64,000 bases of DNA from Caldisericia bacterium (GCA_963674785.1 OY771555.1:1888001-1952000); one strand, 5' to 3'; positions 10,489 through 21,143 are shown, counted from the stretch's first letter. The notes: generated by a model from the letters alone, not told the origin. Translations and numbers: made by a program.

Positions 10489-11079
10489 TTACATCGAGAT
10501 GGCCATTAGAAGAGGTGTCTCATCGACGTCATCGGGAATACCAATTGTCACGGACGTTGTTATCTTATTGCTTTTAACAATTGCCAACTCAATATTCCCC
10601 AAAGAGTTCAAAACAGGCCCCTCGATCTCCCTGCAGAAGGGGTATGCGGGGAAGGCACCAAGACTCCATGGATGAAGAGATGTAGTTAGAAGTCTCTTAT
10701 TTTTATCAAAAATATAGAATGTGTGCTGATTGCTCTCAGGCCAAGTAATAACCAAAACACTGTTTCCAAAATGGTTTATGAGTCGAATTTTTTCTTTTGG
10801 GGCACCTGAAATCAAAGACTCATCAGCTGAAACACCACCTGATACGATAGAAAAACCAATATCAGTTTTCCAGCTATTATCCTTGTAAATCCAGGGTAAC
10901 AAAACTGATCCACCTGCATAGCTATAGAGTCTAGACGGAAAATCAATCTCTCCCTCTTTTCTGACCCAGCTGTCCTCTGCAGGTACATATGCACCCATGC
11001 CCGGATAAATGAAAACATGTTTTTCAATCTGTTTACCGTTTTCATCAAAAATAAAAGCGGTCTCTGTACGTTTAAACAT
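10489..11079 (-). CDS. Hypothetical protein
   Basis: 196-codon ORF filling the gap, with its own promoter immediately upstream. No family recognised. Confidence 0.65.
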   Translation of the reverse strand: MFKRTETAFIFDENGKQIEKHVFIYPGMGAYVPAEDSWVRKEGEIDFPSRLYSYAGGSVLLPWIYKDNSWKTDIGFSIVSGGVSADESLISGAPKEKIRLINHFGNSVLVITWPESNQHTFYIFDKNKRLLTTSLHPWSLGAFPAYPFCREIEGPVLNSLGNIELAIVKSNKITTSVTIGIPDDVDETPLLMAISM

Positions 11080-11086
11080 CAACCTA

Positions 11087-11114
11087 ATTATACCAACTTC
11101 AAAAGAAAATGCAA
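11087..11114 (-). promoter_or_regulatory. Promoter of 11079 gene (leaderless spacing)
   Basis: TTGCAT-16 bp-TATAAT (TGn extended), 7 nt before ATG. Confidence 0.65.
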
Positions 11115-11204
11115 AGGGGATTATTAAGATTAAGTTTTTAACTTTACAAACTATGACTACTACATTATATCGTACCTATACTAAACCTTCAAAGGAGGTA
11201 GAAT

Positions 11205-11744
11205 ATGCCATATTTATGGGGATTTGTGTTTTTTCTGTTTCTCTTGGGATTTCCATTTCTAATCCTTGTTGTTTCAAACAAACAGGAGGGATGGCTTAAA
11301 ATCGCAGGATGGATTCTCTCTGGAGTATTTGTTCTGATGTTGATTGTTGCATCACTATTCTCACTTGTGATGAGGCCAGGAAAAATGATTATGAATCATC
11401 ATGGAATGTGTCCTGGTAACGGCTGTTCTCCATCTATGATGGGTCATCCAGGTTGCCCATACACACCCGGAGATGGATTTAAAGCTAACCCCAGGAACAA
11501 CATCTATAGATGGAACAATCCAGGTTTTGACGATCGATTCTGCCCAGGAATGGAAAGATTTGAGAGAAAATTCGATGATCCCGAAGCTTTGGAAGAATTT
11601 CAAAGACAACTGCAGGCAAACCCAGAACTCAGAGAAAAAATTGAAAGCAGTTTTTTTGGCCTTCCCGGGGAAGAACCAGCAAAAGTGCCACCAGGGACGC
11701 CTGAAATTAATCCCGAAGAATTAGCACCACCGACAAGACCTTAA
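11205..11744 (+). CDS. Hypothetical membrane protein, 2 N-terminal TM helices, His/Cys/Met-rich segment, Pro-rich tail
   Basis: AGGAGGT RBS, hydrophobic N-terminus, MNHHGMCPGNGCSPSMMGHPGCP segment, downstream terminator. Confidence 0.8.
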   Translation: MPYLWGFVFFLFLLGFPFLILVVSNKQEGWLKIAGWILSGVFVLMLIVASLFSLVMRPGKMIMNHHGMCPGNGCSPSMMGHPGCPYTPGDGFKANPRNNIYRWNNPGFDDRFCPGMERFERKFDDPEALEEFQRQLQANPELREKIESSFFGLPGEEPAKVPPGTPEINPEELAPPTRP

Positions 11745-11772
11745 TTATTATAACTAAAAAAATCCAAACTAT

Positions 11773-11800
11773 AAAAGCCCCTCAATTTGAGGGGCTTTTT
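11773..11800 (+). terminator. Intrinsic terminator (potentially bidirectional)
   Basis: AAAAGCCCCTCAA-tt-TGAGGGGCTTTTT. Confidence 0.88.
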
Positions 11801-12022
11801 CAAAATAGATGTGTACCATATTCAGGTTTCCAACATCCCACAATATGGGTTTAGTTGGATAGCTGAAGATTTTCAACATTTTCATCGAAACAATGATAGT
11901 TTCAATTCCTTTAGTATCTTCGTAATCATATTTGAAAGGTAAATAACATTTAATATTTCATGCTGACAAAAAACTACAGCCTATCGTACAATCATTTAAA
12001 TAAAAAAATAAGGAGGTAGAAC

Positions 12023-12811
12023 ATGGAAGCAGTAGCCACTAAGAGTTTTTCTCGACCACATGTTTTATACCTAGACTATCAACCAAAAAAGGAGGTATCA
12101 GATATGCCAAATAGTATGAGCACATTTAAGCGTTTTGAAAAAAAATATCTAATAAATATTGAACAGTACAAGTCTTTTTTGTCAGATATTGATGACTATA
12201 TTGTCAAAGATAAATATCCATCATACACCATTGGCAACATATATTATGATACAGAAAGCTATGAAATCATTCGCAGATCAATTGATAAACCTCTTTTCAA
12301 AGAAAAACTAAGAGCAAGGTCTTATGGTTGGAAAAATGCAAAAAAAATGGTGTTTTTTGAACTCAAAAAGAAATTCAAAAAAGAAGTATTCAAAAGACGA
12401 GTCAAGATGCCACTGGCTGATCTCGAAAATTATCTAAACAATGGAGTTATTCCAGATGTATACCGACAGGTAATTGACGAGATTGAATACTTTATGAAAA
12501 TGTATCACCCTGTTCCAAAAATCTTTATTGCTTATGAACGAGAAGCATATGCAGGCAAGGAAGATAGCAATATCAGAATCACATTTGATAGCAATATCAG
12601 ATACAGGGAAAACGACCTGTCTTTAAGTCTTGGTGATTATGGAAACCACATTCTGGACGTAGACCAACGTTTAGCAGAGATAAAAGTGAGGGGTGCAATG
12701 CCTCTATGGCTTAGTGATGCCCTCAATAAGAACAAAATGTATCCGACCTCATTTTCGAAGTATGGATACTGTTTCAAAAACTACATCGCAGAAGATGTTT
12801 TTGCAGCATAA
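12023..12811 (+). CDS. VTC-domain (polyphosphate polymerase-like, CYTH/TTM fold) protein
   Basis: KRFEKKY, IYYDT, KEKLRARSY, FFELKKK, YEREAY, RITFD, EIK, FSKY motifs. Second in-frame start with its own RBS at 12104. Confidence 0.9.
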   Translation: MEAVATKSFSRPHVLYLDYQPKKEVSDMPNSMSTFKRFEKKYLINIEQYKSFLSDIDDYIVKDKYPSYTIGNIYYDTESYEIIRRSIDKPLFKEKLRARSYGWKNAKKMVFFELKKKFKKEVFKRRVKMPLADLENYLNNGVIPDVYRQVIDEIEYFMKMYHPVPKIFIAYEREAYAGKEDSNIRITFDSNIRYRENDLSLSLGDYGNHILDVDQRLAEIKVRGAMPLWLSDALNKNKMYPTSFSKYGYCFKNYIAEDVFAA

Positions 12812-13474
12812 ATGAGCCACAAGATGTTAGAAAATATCGATGTACTACAAACACTTATAAGAATTACAGCCTCGCTAGGTTTGGGCATGATTATCGCCCT
12901 CACCTACATGTACAAAACTGAATACAACAAACAATTTATTGTTATGCTTACATTGTTACCTGCAATCGTTGGTGCAGTAATCTCAATTGTAAACGGCAAT
13001 CTTGGAACCGGAGTTGCCGTTATGGGTGCATTCAGTTTAGTTCGATTCAGATCAATACCAGGAACAGCAAAAGAAATCGGTTTTATATTCTTTGCAATGG
13101 CGATCGGTCTTGCAACAGGAATGGGTTATATTGCTTACGCGCTTATGTTTACATTTGTTGTCGGTTTGTTCTCTCTGGTTCTTTTCAAAAGCAAATTTGG
13201 AGAAAAACTGACTGTAAGAAAACAGATCAAAATAACTATTCCTGAAAACCTTTGTTATACAGGATTGTTTGATGATATATTCGATGAATATGCAACATAC
13301 ACCAAGCTGGTTAATGTGAAAACAACCAACATGGGATCCCTATACAAGCTGGTATACGATATCGAACTAAAAGACCCAGACAAAGAAAAAGAGCTTATCG
13401 ACAAACTAAGATGTCGTAACGGCAATCTAGAAATAGCATGTGGCTACATTTCAAGCATTGGTGATGTGCTTTAA
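12812..13474 (+). CDS. DUF4956 family membrane protein
   Basis: VNGNLGTGVAVMGAFSLVRFRSIPGTAKEI, AIGLATGMG, ITIPENL, LRCRNGNLEI. Follows the VTC gene. Confidence 0.9.
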   Translation: MSHKMLENIDVLQTLIRITASLGLGMIIALTYMYKTEYNKQFIVMLTLLPAIVGAVISIVNGNLGTGVAVMGAFSLVRFRSIPGTAKEIGFIFFAMAIGLATGMGYIAYALMFTFVVGLFSLVLFKSKFGEKLTVRKQIKITIPENLCYTGLFDDIFDEYATYTKLVNVKTTNMGSLYKLVYDIELKDPDKEKELIDKLRCRNGNLEIACGYISSIGDVL

Positions 13475-13500
13475 ACCACATAAAAGAAAGATTTAGAAAG

Positions 13501-15255
13501 GTGAGAAAAATGAATAACTTAAAAACAACGATACTAACAATACTACTGATTAGTGGAATCATTCTTGCTGGATGTTCCACAGGACAAACCATAAAAGAGG
13601 AAAACAATAACAACACAGCTAATGCCGCTGATACCACAACCGACATAAAGGTCGAATACAGCATGTCAGAAATGTTTACAGATAGAGATTTGGAACAAAC
13701 GATATATGCGGCAAAAGCTGATAGAATCACTCTCGAGAGCAACAAGGATGTTGAAATCGATGCTGAAGGCATCTATATCGTTACTGGAAAGGTCAATAAT
13801 ACGAGCATAATTATTGACGCTGATAAAGATGCAAAAGTACAAATCGCTTTGGACAGCGTATCAATAACTAACGAAACACAGCCAGCCATATACGTTAAAT
13901 CAGCAGACAAAGTATTTGTCACAATCGTCAAGGGAAATACCGAGTTAACAGTCAGCGAAGAATTTGTTGCAAACGATGATGACAACCTTGATGCTGTAAT
14001 TTTTTCAAAATCAGATCTAGTTTTAAACGGCAATGGTAACCTAAAAGTCACATCAAATTATGGTAATGGTATCACATCAAAAGATGATTTGAAATTTACC
14101 GGTGGATCATATGACATTACCTCAACATTAGATGCAATTGAGGCCAATGATTCTATTAGAATATACGATGGTACCTTTAACATTAACACATCAAAAGATG
14201 CACTTCATAGTGAAAATGAAGATGATGACACCCTTGGATACATCTATATTTATAACTGCGATATGACAATATCCGCAAAAGATGATGCAATAAGAGGCAA
14301 CAGCATTATTCAAATCGATGGTGGCACAATCAATATTGAAACATGCGTTGAAGGCATTGAAGGCACATTTGTACAAATTAATGGCGGAGATATCAATATC
14401 TACTCTACGGATGATGGTGTTAATGCGTCTAGAAAAAGCAACAGTTATGATATAGTTATTGAGTTAAACGGTGGAAACATAAATGTCGATATGGCCGCAG
14501 GGGACACAGATGCATTCGACTCGAATGGTAACATCTACGTTAATGGAGGTACGATTACAGTCAATGCAAGATCGTCTTTTGATCCAGCTGGAAAAGCTGA
14601 GTTTAATGGCGGTACGGTTATAATTAATGGCGAAGAAGTAACAGAACTTCCAGTATCTATGATGGGCGGTGGTCCTCGTGGCGGAGATATGGGCGGAGAT
14701 ATGGGCGGAAATGGTGCTAGACAACCTAGAGAGTTTGATATCCAAGAAATAATGCAAGGGTTGAACATTGTAGATGGTGTATTAACACTTTCTGATGGCA
14801 CAACCTACGAAGTACCTGAGGGTGAAACACCAAAACTCGAAAACAATATGATTATTTTTTCAAATGGTGTTGAGATAGATGTGCATAAAGTATTTGGATT
14901 TGGTAAAGGATTCCGTCCAGATGGTGAAAATCCCGGCGGAGAGCCCCCAGGAGGGATGCCCGGTATGGGTTTTGATATTGAGCAAATAATGAAAGAACTA
15001 GATATTGCGAATGGCACATTAACACTACCAGATGGAACAACATATGAAGTACCTGAGGGTGAAACACCAAAACTCGAAAACAATATGATTATTTTTTCAA
15101 ACGGTGTTGAGATAGAAATGCATAGGGTGTTTGATTTTGGCAGAGGATTTCCACCAGATGATGGAATGTTTAATCCAGGCGGAGAACCACCAGAGCCACC
15201 AGAAGGAATGCCAGAAACAAACCCAGGAGAATCAAACCCTCCTGCTGCCCCATAA
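13501..15255 (+). CDS. Cthe_2159 (DUF4353) carbohydrate-binding beta-helix lipoprotein with duplicated C-terminal domain
   Basis: Lipobox ILAGC, DAVIFSKSDL, GITSKDDL, DDGVNA, DTDAFDSNG motifs. Start may be ATG 13510. Confidence 0.88.
   Translation: MRKMNNLKTTILTILLISGIILAGCSTGQTIKEENNNNTANAADTTTDIKVEYSMSEMFTDRDLEQTIYAAKADRITLESNKDVEIDAEGIYIVTGKVNNTSIIIDADKDAKVQIALDSVSITNETQPAIYVKSADKVFVTIVKGNTELTVSEEFVANDDDNLDAVIFSKSDLVLNGNGNLKVTSNYGNGITSKDDLKFTGGSYDITSTLDAIEANDSIRIYDGTFNINTSKDALHSENEDDDTLGYIYIYNCDMTISAKDDAIRGNSIIQIDGGTINIETCVEGIEGTFVQINGGDINIYSTDDGVNASRKSNSYDIVIELNGGNINVDMAAGDTDAFDSNGNIYVNGGTITVNARSSFDPAGKAEFNGGTVIINGEEVTELPVSMMGGGPRGGDMGGDMGGNGARQPREFDIQEIMQGLNIVDGVLTLSDGTTYEVPEGETPKLENNMIIFSNGVEIDVHKVFGFGKGFRPDGENPGGEPPGGMPGMGFDIEQIMKELDIANGTLTLPDGTTYEVPEGETPKLENNMIIFSNGVEIEMHRVFDFGRGFPPDDGMFNPGGEPPEPPEGMPETNPGESNPPAAP
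14734..15210 (+). repeat. Intragenic tandem duplication, 237-bp (79-aa) period, two copies
   Basis: Units start at 14734 and 14971. Identical 56-bp cores at 14809-14864 and 15046-15101. Confidence 0.92.
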
Positions 15256-15277
15256 ACCTAAATTAAATATTCTCATT

Positions 15278-15307
15278 AAAAAAAGCCCCTCAAAGAGGGG
15301 CTTTTTT
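15278..15307. terminator. Bidirectional intrinsic terminator between VTC cassette and groEL
   Basis: A7-GCCCCTC-aaa-GAGGGGC-T6. Confidence 0.9.
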
Positions 15308-15336
15308 CGTGTATAAGAATCCTTAAAAAGGGTGGT

Positions 15337-16968
<1,632 letters not shown>

Positions 16969-16986
16969 TTATCTATCCTTTCACTC

Positions 16987-17274
16987 TCAGTCAACGATTG
17001 CCAAAACATCACGCTCGCTAAGAATTACATACTTTGTATCTTCGAGTTTGATTTCTGTTCCGCCGTATTTAGCAAAAATTACCTTCTGACCCTCTTTGAG
17101 ATCCATTGGAACTCTTGTTCCGTTATCAAGCATTTTGCCTGTTCCGATTGCAACAACCTCACCCTTGATTGGCTTCTCTTTTGCGGAATCTGGGATATAA
17201 AGACCAGACTTTGTTGCCTCTTCTTCGCCTAAAGGTTTGACGACTACCCTATCACCTAATGGTTTAAGATTCAT
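16987..17274 (-). CDS. groES: Co-chaperonin GroES
   Basis: [29 protein letters not shown]. Confidence 0.99.
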   Translation of the reverse strand: MNLKPLGDRVVVKPLGEEEATKSGLYIPDSAKEKPIKGEVVAIGTGKMLDNGTRVPMDLKEGQKVIFAKYGGTEIKLEDTKYVILSERDVLAIVD

Positions 17275-17296
17275 ATTTCCTCCTTGTTTCCGTTAT

Positions 17297-17323
17297 TTAG
17301 CAATCGAACATCCCGACTGCTAA
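17297..17323 (-). promoter_or_regulatory. CIRCE element upstream of groES, variant
   Basis: Minus strand TTAGCAGTC-N9-GATTGCTAA. Confidence 0.92.
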
Positions 17324-17335
17324 TCTACATTTTGA

Positions 17336-17363
17336 AATATACCTTTTCAAAACATTTTGTCAA
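17336..17363 (-). promoter_or_regulatory. groES-groEL promoter
   Basis: TTGACA-16 bp-TATATT just upstream of the CIRCE. Confidence 0.7.
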
Positions 17364-17529
17364 GTCAAATTAATTTAGAAATTTAAGCAGTTTTCTTAAG
17401 CAATAGAAGAGAAATAGTGAAGTGTTAGGTTTTTGTGGTTCTAGCAAATCCAATAAGGAATTGCTACATTAATTAAACCTTGATTATTCCTCACATATAT
17501 CTAAAATGGATAGATTGTTCGGAGCAACT

Positions 17530-18429
17530 ATGAAAAGACAAAAAATATTCAGTGAGATTAAGCGTTTTATTGGTATTGGACTTGGCGTAGGAATTGAAGC
17601 ATCTTCATACGCATTGTTTTTAGTTCCACACAATATTGCCCCTGGTGGTATGACAGCCGTAGCGCTCATCATCTCTGATGTAACAAACGGATTGATTTCA
17701 ATCGGACTTGCATATTTCCTTCTAAATGTTCCATGGGTAATCATCTCCTGGAAGCGAATGGGATACAAATATGCGATAAGAACAATCATCGTTTCATTCG
17801 TGGCATTTGTTTTTATCGATGGACTCATGCATTTCTTCTCAGATGCTTTCCACTTATTCGATCCAAACGCACCAATGACAAATATGATGATTGCGGCACT
17901 TTTTGGTGGAATACTAAACGGACTTGGTATCGGAATAACATTCAAAAACAGGGCATCAGCTGGAGGTACCGACCTTATTGCCCAAGTTCTCCACTACTAT
18001 ACAGGGCTTCCTTTTGGGCAGGCAATCCTGCTCATCGATACATTCATCATCATCGGTCTTGGTTTCTACTTCCAAAGTGCTCTTTACTCACTCTATGCAT
18101 TAATAGCACTTGTTGTCAGTTCGTTTGTAATAGACATAGTTCAAGAGGGTATCTCTTACACAAAGTCAATGACAATCATCACTGACAAAAAGGAAGAAGT
18201 CAGAAAGAACCTTATGGAAAGACTCGGAAGAGGAATGACACTTGTAAAAGGTGAAGGCGGTTTTAGCCAGAAAGAAAAGGCATATATAGTTGTTGCTGTT
18301 CATCGTTCACAGATATCAACCGCAAAAAATATAATTCTTGAAGCCGACCCAAACGCATTCATCATGGTGGGCCCATTAAATGAGGTTGTAGGAGAAGGAT
18401 TTAAAAAACCAAAAATTGAGGAGTGGTAA
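17530..18429 (+). CDS. YitT family membrane protein
   Basis: IAPGGMT, ASAGGTD, RGMTLVKGEGGF, DPNAF, EVVGEGF. GGAG RBS favours ATG 17530. Confidence 0.9.
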   Translation: MKRQKIFSEIKRFIGIGLGVGIEASSYALFLVPHNIAPGGMTAVALIISDVTNGLISIGLAYFLLNVPWVIISWKRMGYKYAIRTIIVSFVAFVFIDGLMHFFSDAFHLFDPNAPMTNMMIAALFGGILNGLGIGITFKNRASAGGTDLIAQVLHYYTGLPFGQAILLIDTFIIIGLGFYFQSALYSLYALIALVVSSFVIDIVQEGISYTKSMTIITDKKEEVRKNLMERLGRGMTLVKGEGGFSQKEKAYIVVAVHRSQISTAKNIILEADPNAFIMVGPLNEVVGEGFKKPKIEEW

Positions 18430-19094
18430 TGCTTTCTATTAACTCAGTTTGCAAAAGGTATGGCAGTCAGGTTGCTCTAAACGATGTTTCGCTTGAACTT
18501 TTGAAGGGTGAATTCATGTTTATTATGGGTCACTCTGGCTCTGGCAAAAGCACTCTTTTGAAACTCATTTATGGTGCAGAAAAACCAACAAGCGGACATG
18601 TTTCTCTTTTTGGAAAAAATGTCCCAAAGCTTAATCCAAAATATATCGCCGCCCTAAGGCGTAAACTTGGGATAGTTTTCCAAGACTACAAACTCATCAA
18701 AAATAAAACAATCTGGGAAAACGTAGCATTTGCTCTCGAAGTTCAGGGAGCAAGACGAGACTATATCAAAAGAAAAGTTGCAGATGTTCTCGGATTTGTT
18801 GAATTAAACCTGAGAGCAAGAGATTATCCATATATGCTCTCTGGTGGCGAGCAACAACGAGTTGGTATCGCAAGAGCCCTTGTCAATAATCCTCAGCTGC
18901 TTTTAGCAGACGAACCAACCGGAAACCTTGATGAAAAAAACTCCGATCTGATTCTAAAAATACTATCTGAAATCAATAATATGGGCACAACCCTTCTTGT
19001 TGCAACCCACGACGTAAGAATTGTCGAGAAATCAAAGAAGAAGGTGATCAAATTAGACCATGGTCAGCTGGTCAGGAGTTCACATGTTAAGTAG
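18429..19094 (+). CDS. ftsE: Cell division ATP-binding protein FtsE
   Basis: GHSGSGKST, VFQDYKL, LSGGEQQRV, ADEPTGNLD. TAATG overlap with yitT. Confidence 0.93.
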   Translation: MLSINSVCKRYGSQVALNDVSLELLKGEFMFIMGHSGSGKSTLLKLIYGAEKPTSGHVSLFGKNVPKLNPKYIAALRRKLGIVFQDYKLIKNKTIWENVAFALEVQGARRDYIKRKVADVLGFVELNLRARDYPYMLSGGEQQRVGIARALVNNPQLLLADEPTGNLDEKNSDLILKILSEINNMGTTLLVATHDVRIVEKSKKKVIKLDHGQLVRSSHVK

Positions 19095-19968
19095 AGAGTT
19101 TGGTTGGGCATTCCGTTCAATCGGAAGAGCATTTGGTAGAACTCTTTCAGCGATAATTGTTATGTCTGTTACGATTTTCCTCGTTGGCTCAACTCTTCTT
19201 CTTGGGATTGCTGGCACAACATTCGGAAAAACTGCAAAAGAAAGATTCACAATTCCTGTTCAGCTTTCACAAGAAGCTGATGAAACATCCGCAAACAATC
19301 TCGCCATTGAGCTTGAAGAATTAAGCTCCGTGAAGTCAGTAGAGATAAATAGTCCCGATAGCGTAATGGAAGAATTGGGTGAATACCTTGGCTTATCATC
19401 CGGTGAAATTCTCAGTTCAATCGGTTATAACCCGCTTCAGTGGGAACTTGTCGTTACACCCGAAGAACCTGATAACATTAAAGACTTAGCTGAAGAAATC
19501 AGCAGATACACAATGGTTGACAAAGTTGTATACGAGGAAGAGGTTGTAGATAAATTTGTGGCATTGTTTTCACTGTTCAGATGGATTGCACTTGGACTTG
19601 CTCTTCTTGCGATAATGGTTACTGCTGTTGTTATCAGCTCAACAATCATTCTTTCAATCTCAACTAGAAAAGAAGAGATCGAGGTTATGAGTCTTGTTGG
19701 TGCTCCACCATCAGTCATCATGAGTCCATACATAATAGAAGGAATCTTTTACGGTCTCATAGGCGGGGGGCTCGCAACTGTTGCTGTTTGGTGGGGTTGG
19801 TCAAAATTCCAAGTGATAATCAAATCAATGCTACCATGGTTTAACATCAATGTTGATAAACCAACATTCATTATCGTTCTTTGCTCAACACTCCTATTTG
19901 GATTTTTGATTGGACTTATTACAAGTTGGAAAGCATCATCCACACACCTTAAGAGGATTTCTGCATGA
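19084..19968 (+). CDS. ftsX: Cell division permease FtsX
   Basis: 4-TM layout, RKEEIEVMSLVGA..PYIIEG motif, follows ftsE. Confidence 0.9.
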   Translation: MLSREFGWAFRSIGRAFGRTLSAIIVMSVTIFLVGSTLLLGIAGTTFGKTAKERFTIPVQLSQEADETSANNLAIELEELSSVKSVEINSPDSVMEELGEYLGLSSGEILSSIGYNPLQWELVVTPEEPDNIKDLAEEISRYTMVDKVVYEEEVVDKFVALFSLFRWIALGLALLAIMVTAVVISSTIILSISTRKEEIEVMSLVGAPPSVIMSPYIIEGIFYGLIGGGLATVAVWWGWSKFQVIIKSMLPWFNINVDKPTFIIVLCSTLLFGFLIGLITSWKASSTHLKRISA

Positions 19969-21143
19969 AGAAAGTTTCTCTACTCCTAGTATTTATAATG
20001 CTCTTTTCTTTTGTTGCTGCCCCAGCAGCAAAAGCTGCCTACATGACACTTGAGCAAGAGATGGAGATCGCAAAGAGAAGACAGAGGGAAAGCAAAAATG
20101 CCGCAGCAAATGAAAAGAGAAAAACTGCGATTCTCAAGGATTCATACTCCGATAACAACGATCTTCTAGATCAAACAAACAAAGAAATCCAATCGACTTA
20201 CATGGATCTCGAGAGAACAAATGCCGAGATAAATGACACGGAAAATTCAATAGTCGAGACTAGAAAAAAGCTTTCTCTAATTGGTGAAGAGATTGATGAA
20301 AACAGAGAAAGAGTCAATGGGTTATTAAAATTCATCAACGAAATCAGCGGCAAGAGGTTCATTGATTTTATTTTTTCAGCGACTGATTTTTCCGATCTGA
20401 CAACAAGAAATAACGCAATCAACAAGCTCCTCGACTCAGTTGTTGTTGAAATGAATAAGCTCAGGGAAGAGTCAGCAGGTCAGATTCAAAACCAGCAAAA
20501 CCTCGAAAACAAAGAGATAAGACTTCGGGAGTTGAAGGAAAAACAGGAGAAAGAGAAAGAGTCCCTTGAGGAATTGAAAAATAAACAGGTTGCAATTCAA
20601 AATTCAATCGCATATGAAATTCAGGTCAGTGAAGCTAAAAGAAAAAAATATCTGAACAGCATAAATCAGTGGGATGCTGAAATAAATCGAATCATGGAGA
20701 AAATTCAGGAACGAAACAGACAACTCCAGATGAAGGGTGAGTTCATGTGGCCTCTGAGCACAAAAGTCTCATCAGTTTACGGAATGAGATACCACCCCAT
20801 CTTCAAAACAAACAGGATGCACACAGGAATTGATATGCCTGAAAAAATGGGTGCACCTATCTACTGTGCTGCAGATGGAATAGTTGAATATAGCGCATGG
20901 CTTGGTGGATACGGCAACTGTGTAATCGTAAACCACGGAATGAATGAGAAATACGGAAAGGCATTCTCAACTCTTTATGGACATATGTCAAAATATGGTC
21001 CAAAAAAAGGTGAAAACGTAAAAAAAGGACAGGTAATTGGATATATTGGCTCAACAGGATGGAGTACAGGCCCACACCTTCATTTTGAGATAAGAGTTAA
21101 TGGTAAACATGATAATCCACAAAAGTATCTTCCAATCAGATAA
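19965..21143 (+). CDS. Coiled-coil + M23 peptidase (EnvC/murein hydrolase family)
   Basis: Signal peptide, long coiled coil, HTGID and STGPHLHFE zinc motifs intact. Confidence 0.9.
   Translation: MKKVSLLLVFIMLFSFVAAPAAKAAYMTLEQEMEIAKRRQRESKNAAANEKRKTAILKDSYSDNNDLLDQTNKEIQSTYMDLERTNAEINDTENSIVETRKKLSLIGEEIDENRERVNGLLKFINEISGKRFIDFIFSATDFSDLTTRNNAINKLLDSVVVEMNKLREESAGQIQNQQNLENKEIRLRELKEKQEKEKESLEELKNKQVAIQNSIAYEIQVSEAKRKKYLNSINQWDAEINRIMEKIQERNRQLQMKGEFMWPLSTKVSSVYGMRYHPIFKTNRMHTGIDMPEKMGAPIYCAADGIVEYSAWLGGYGNCVIVNHGMNEKYGKAFSTLYGHMSKYGPKKGENVKKGQVIGYIGSTGWSTGPHLHFEIRVNGKHDNPQKYLPIR

Noticed and set aside
14734-15210. Direct repeats as a possible CRISPR array or mobile-element ends
   Set aside because: Only two copies, in frame inside a CDS, with no spacers, cas or transposase genes.
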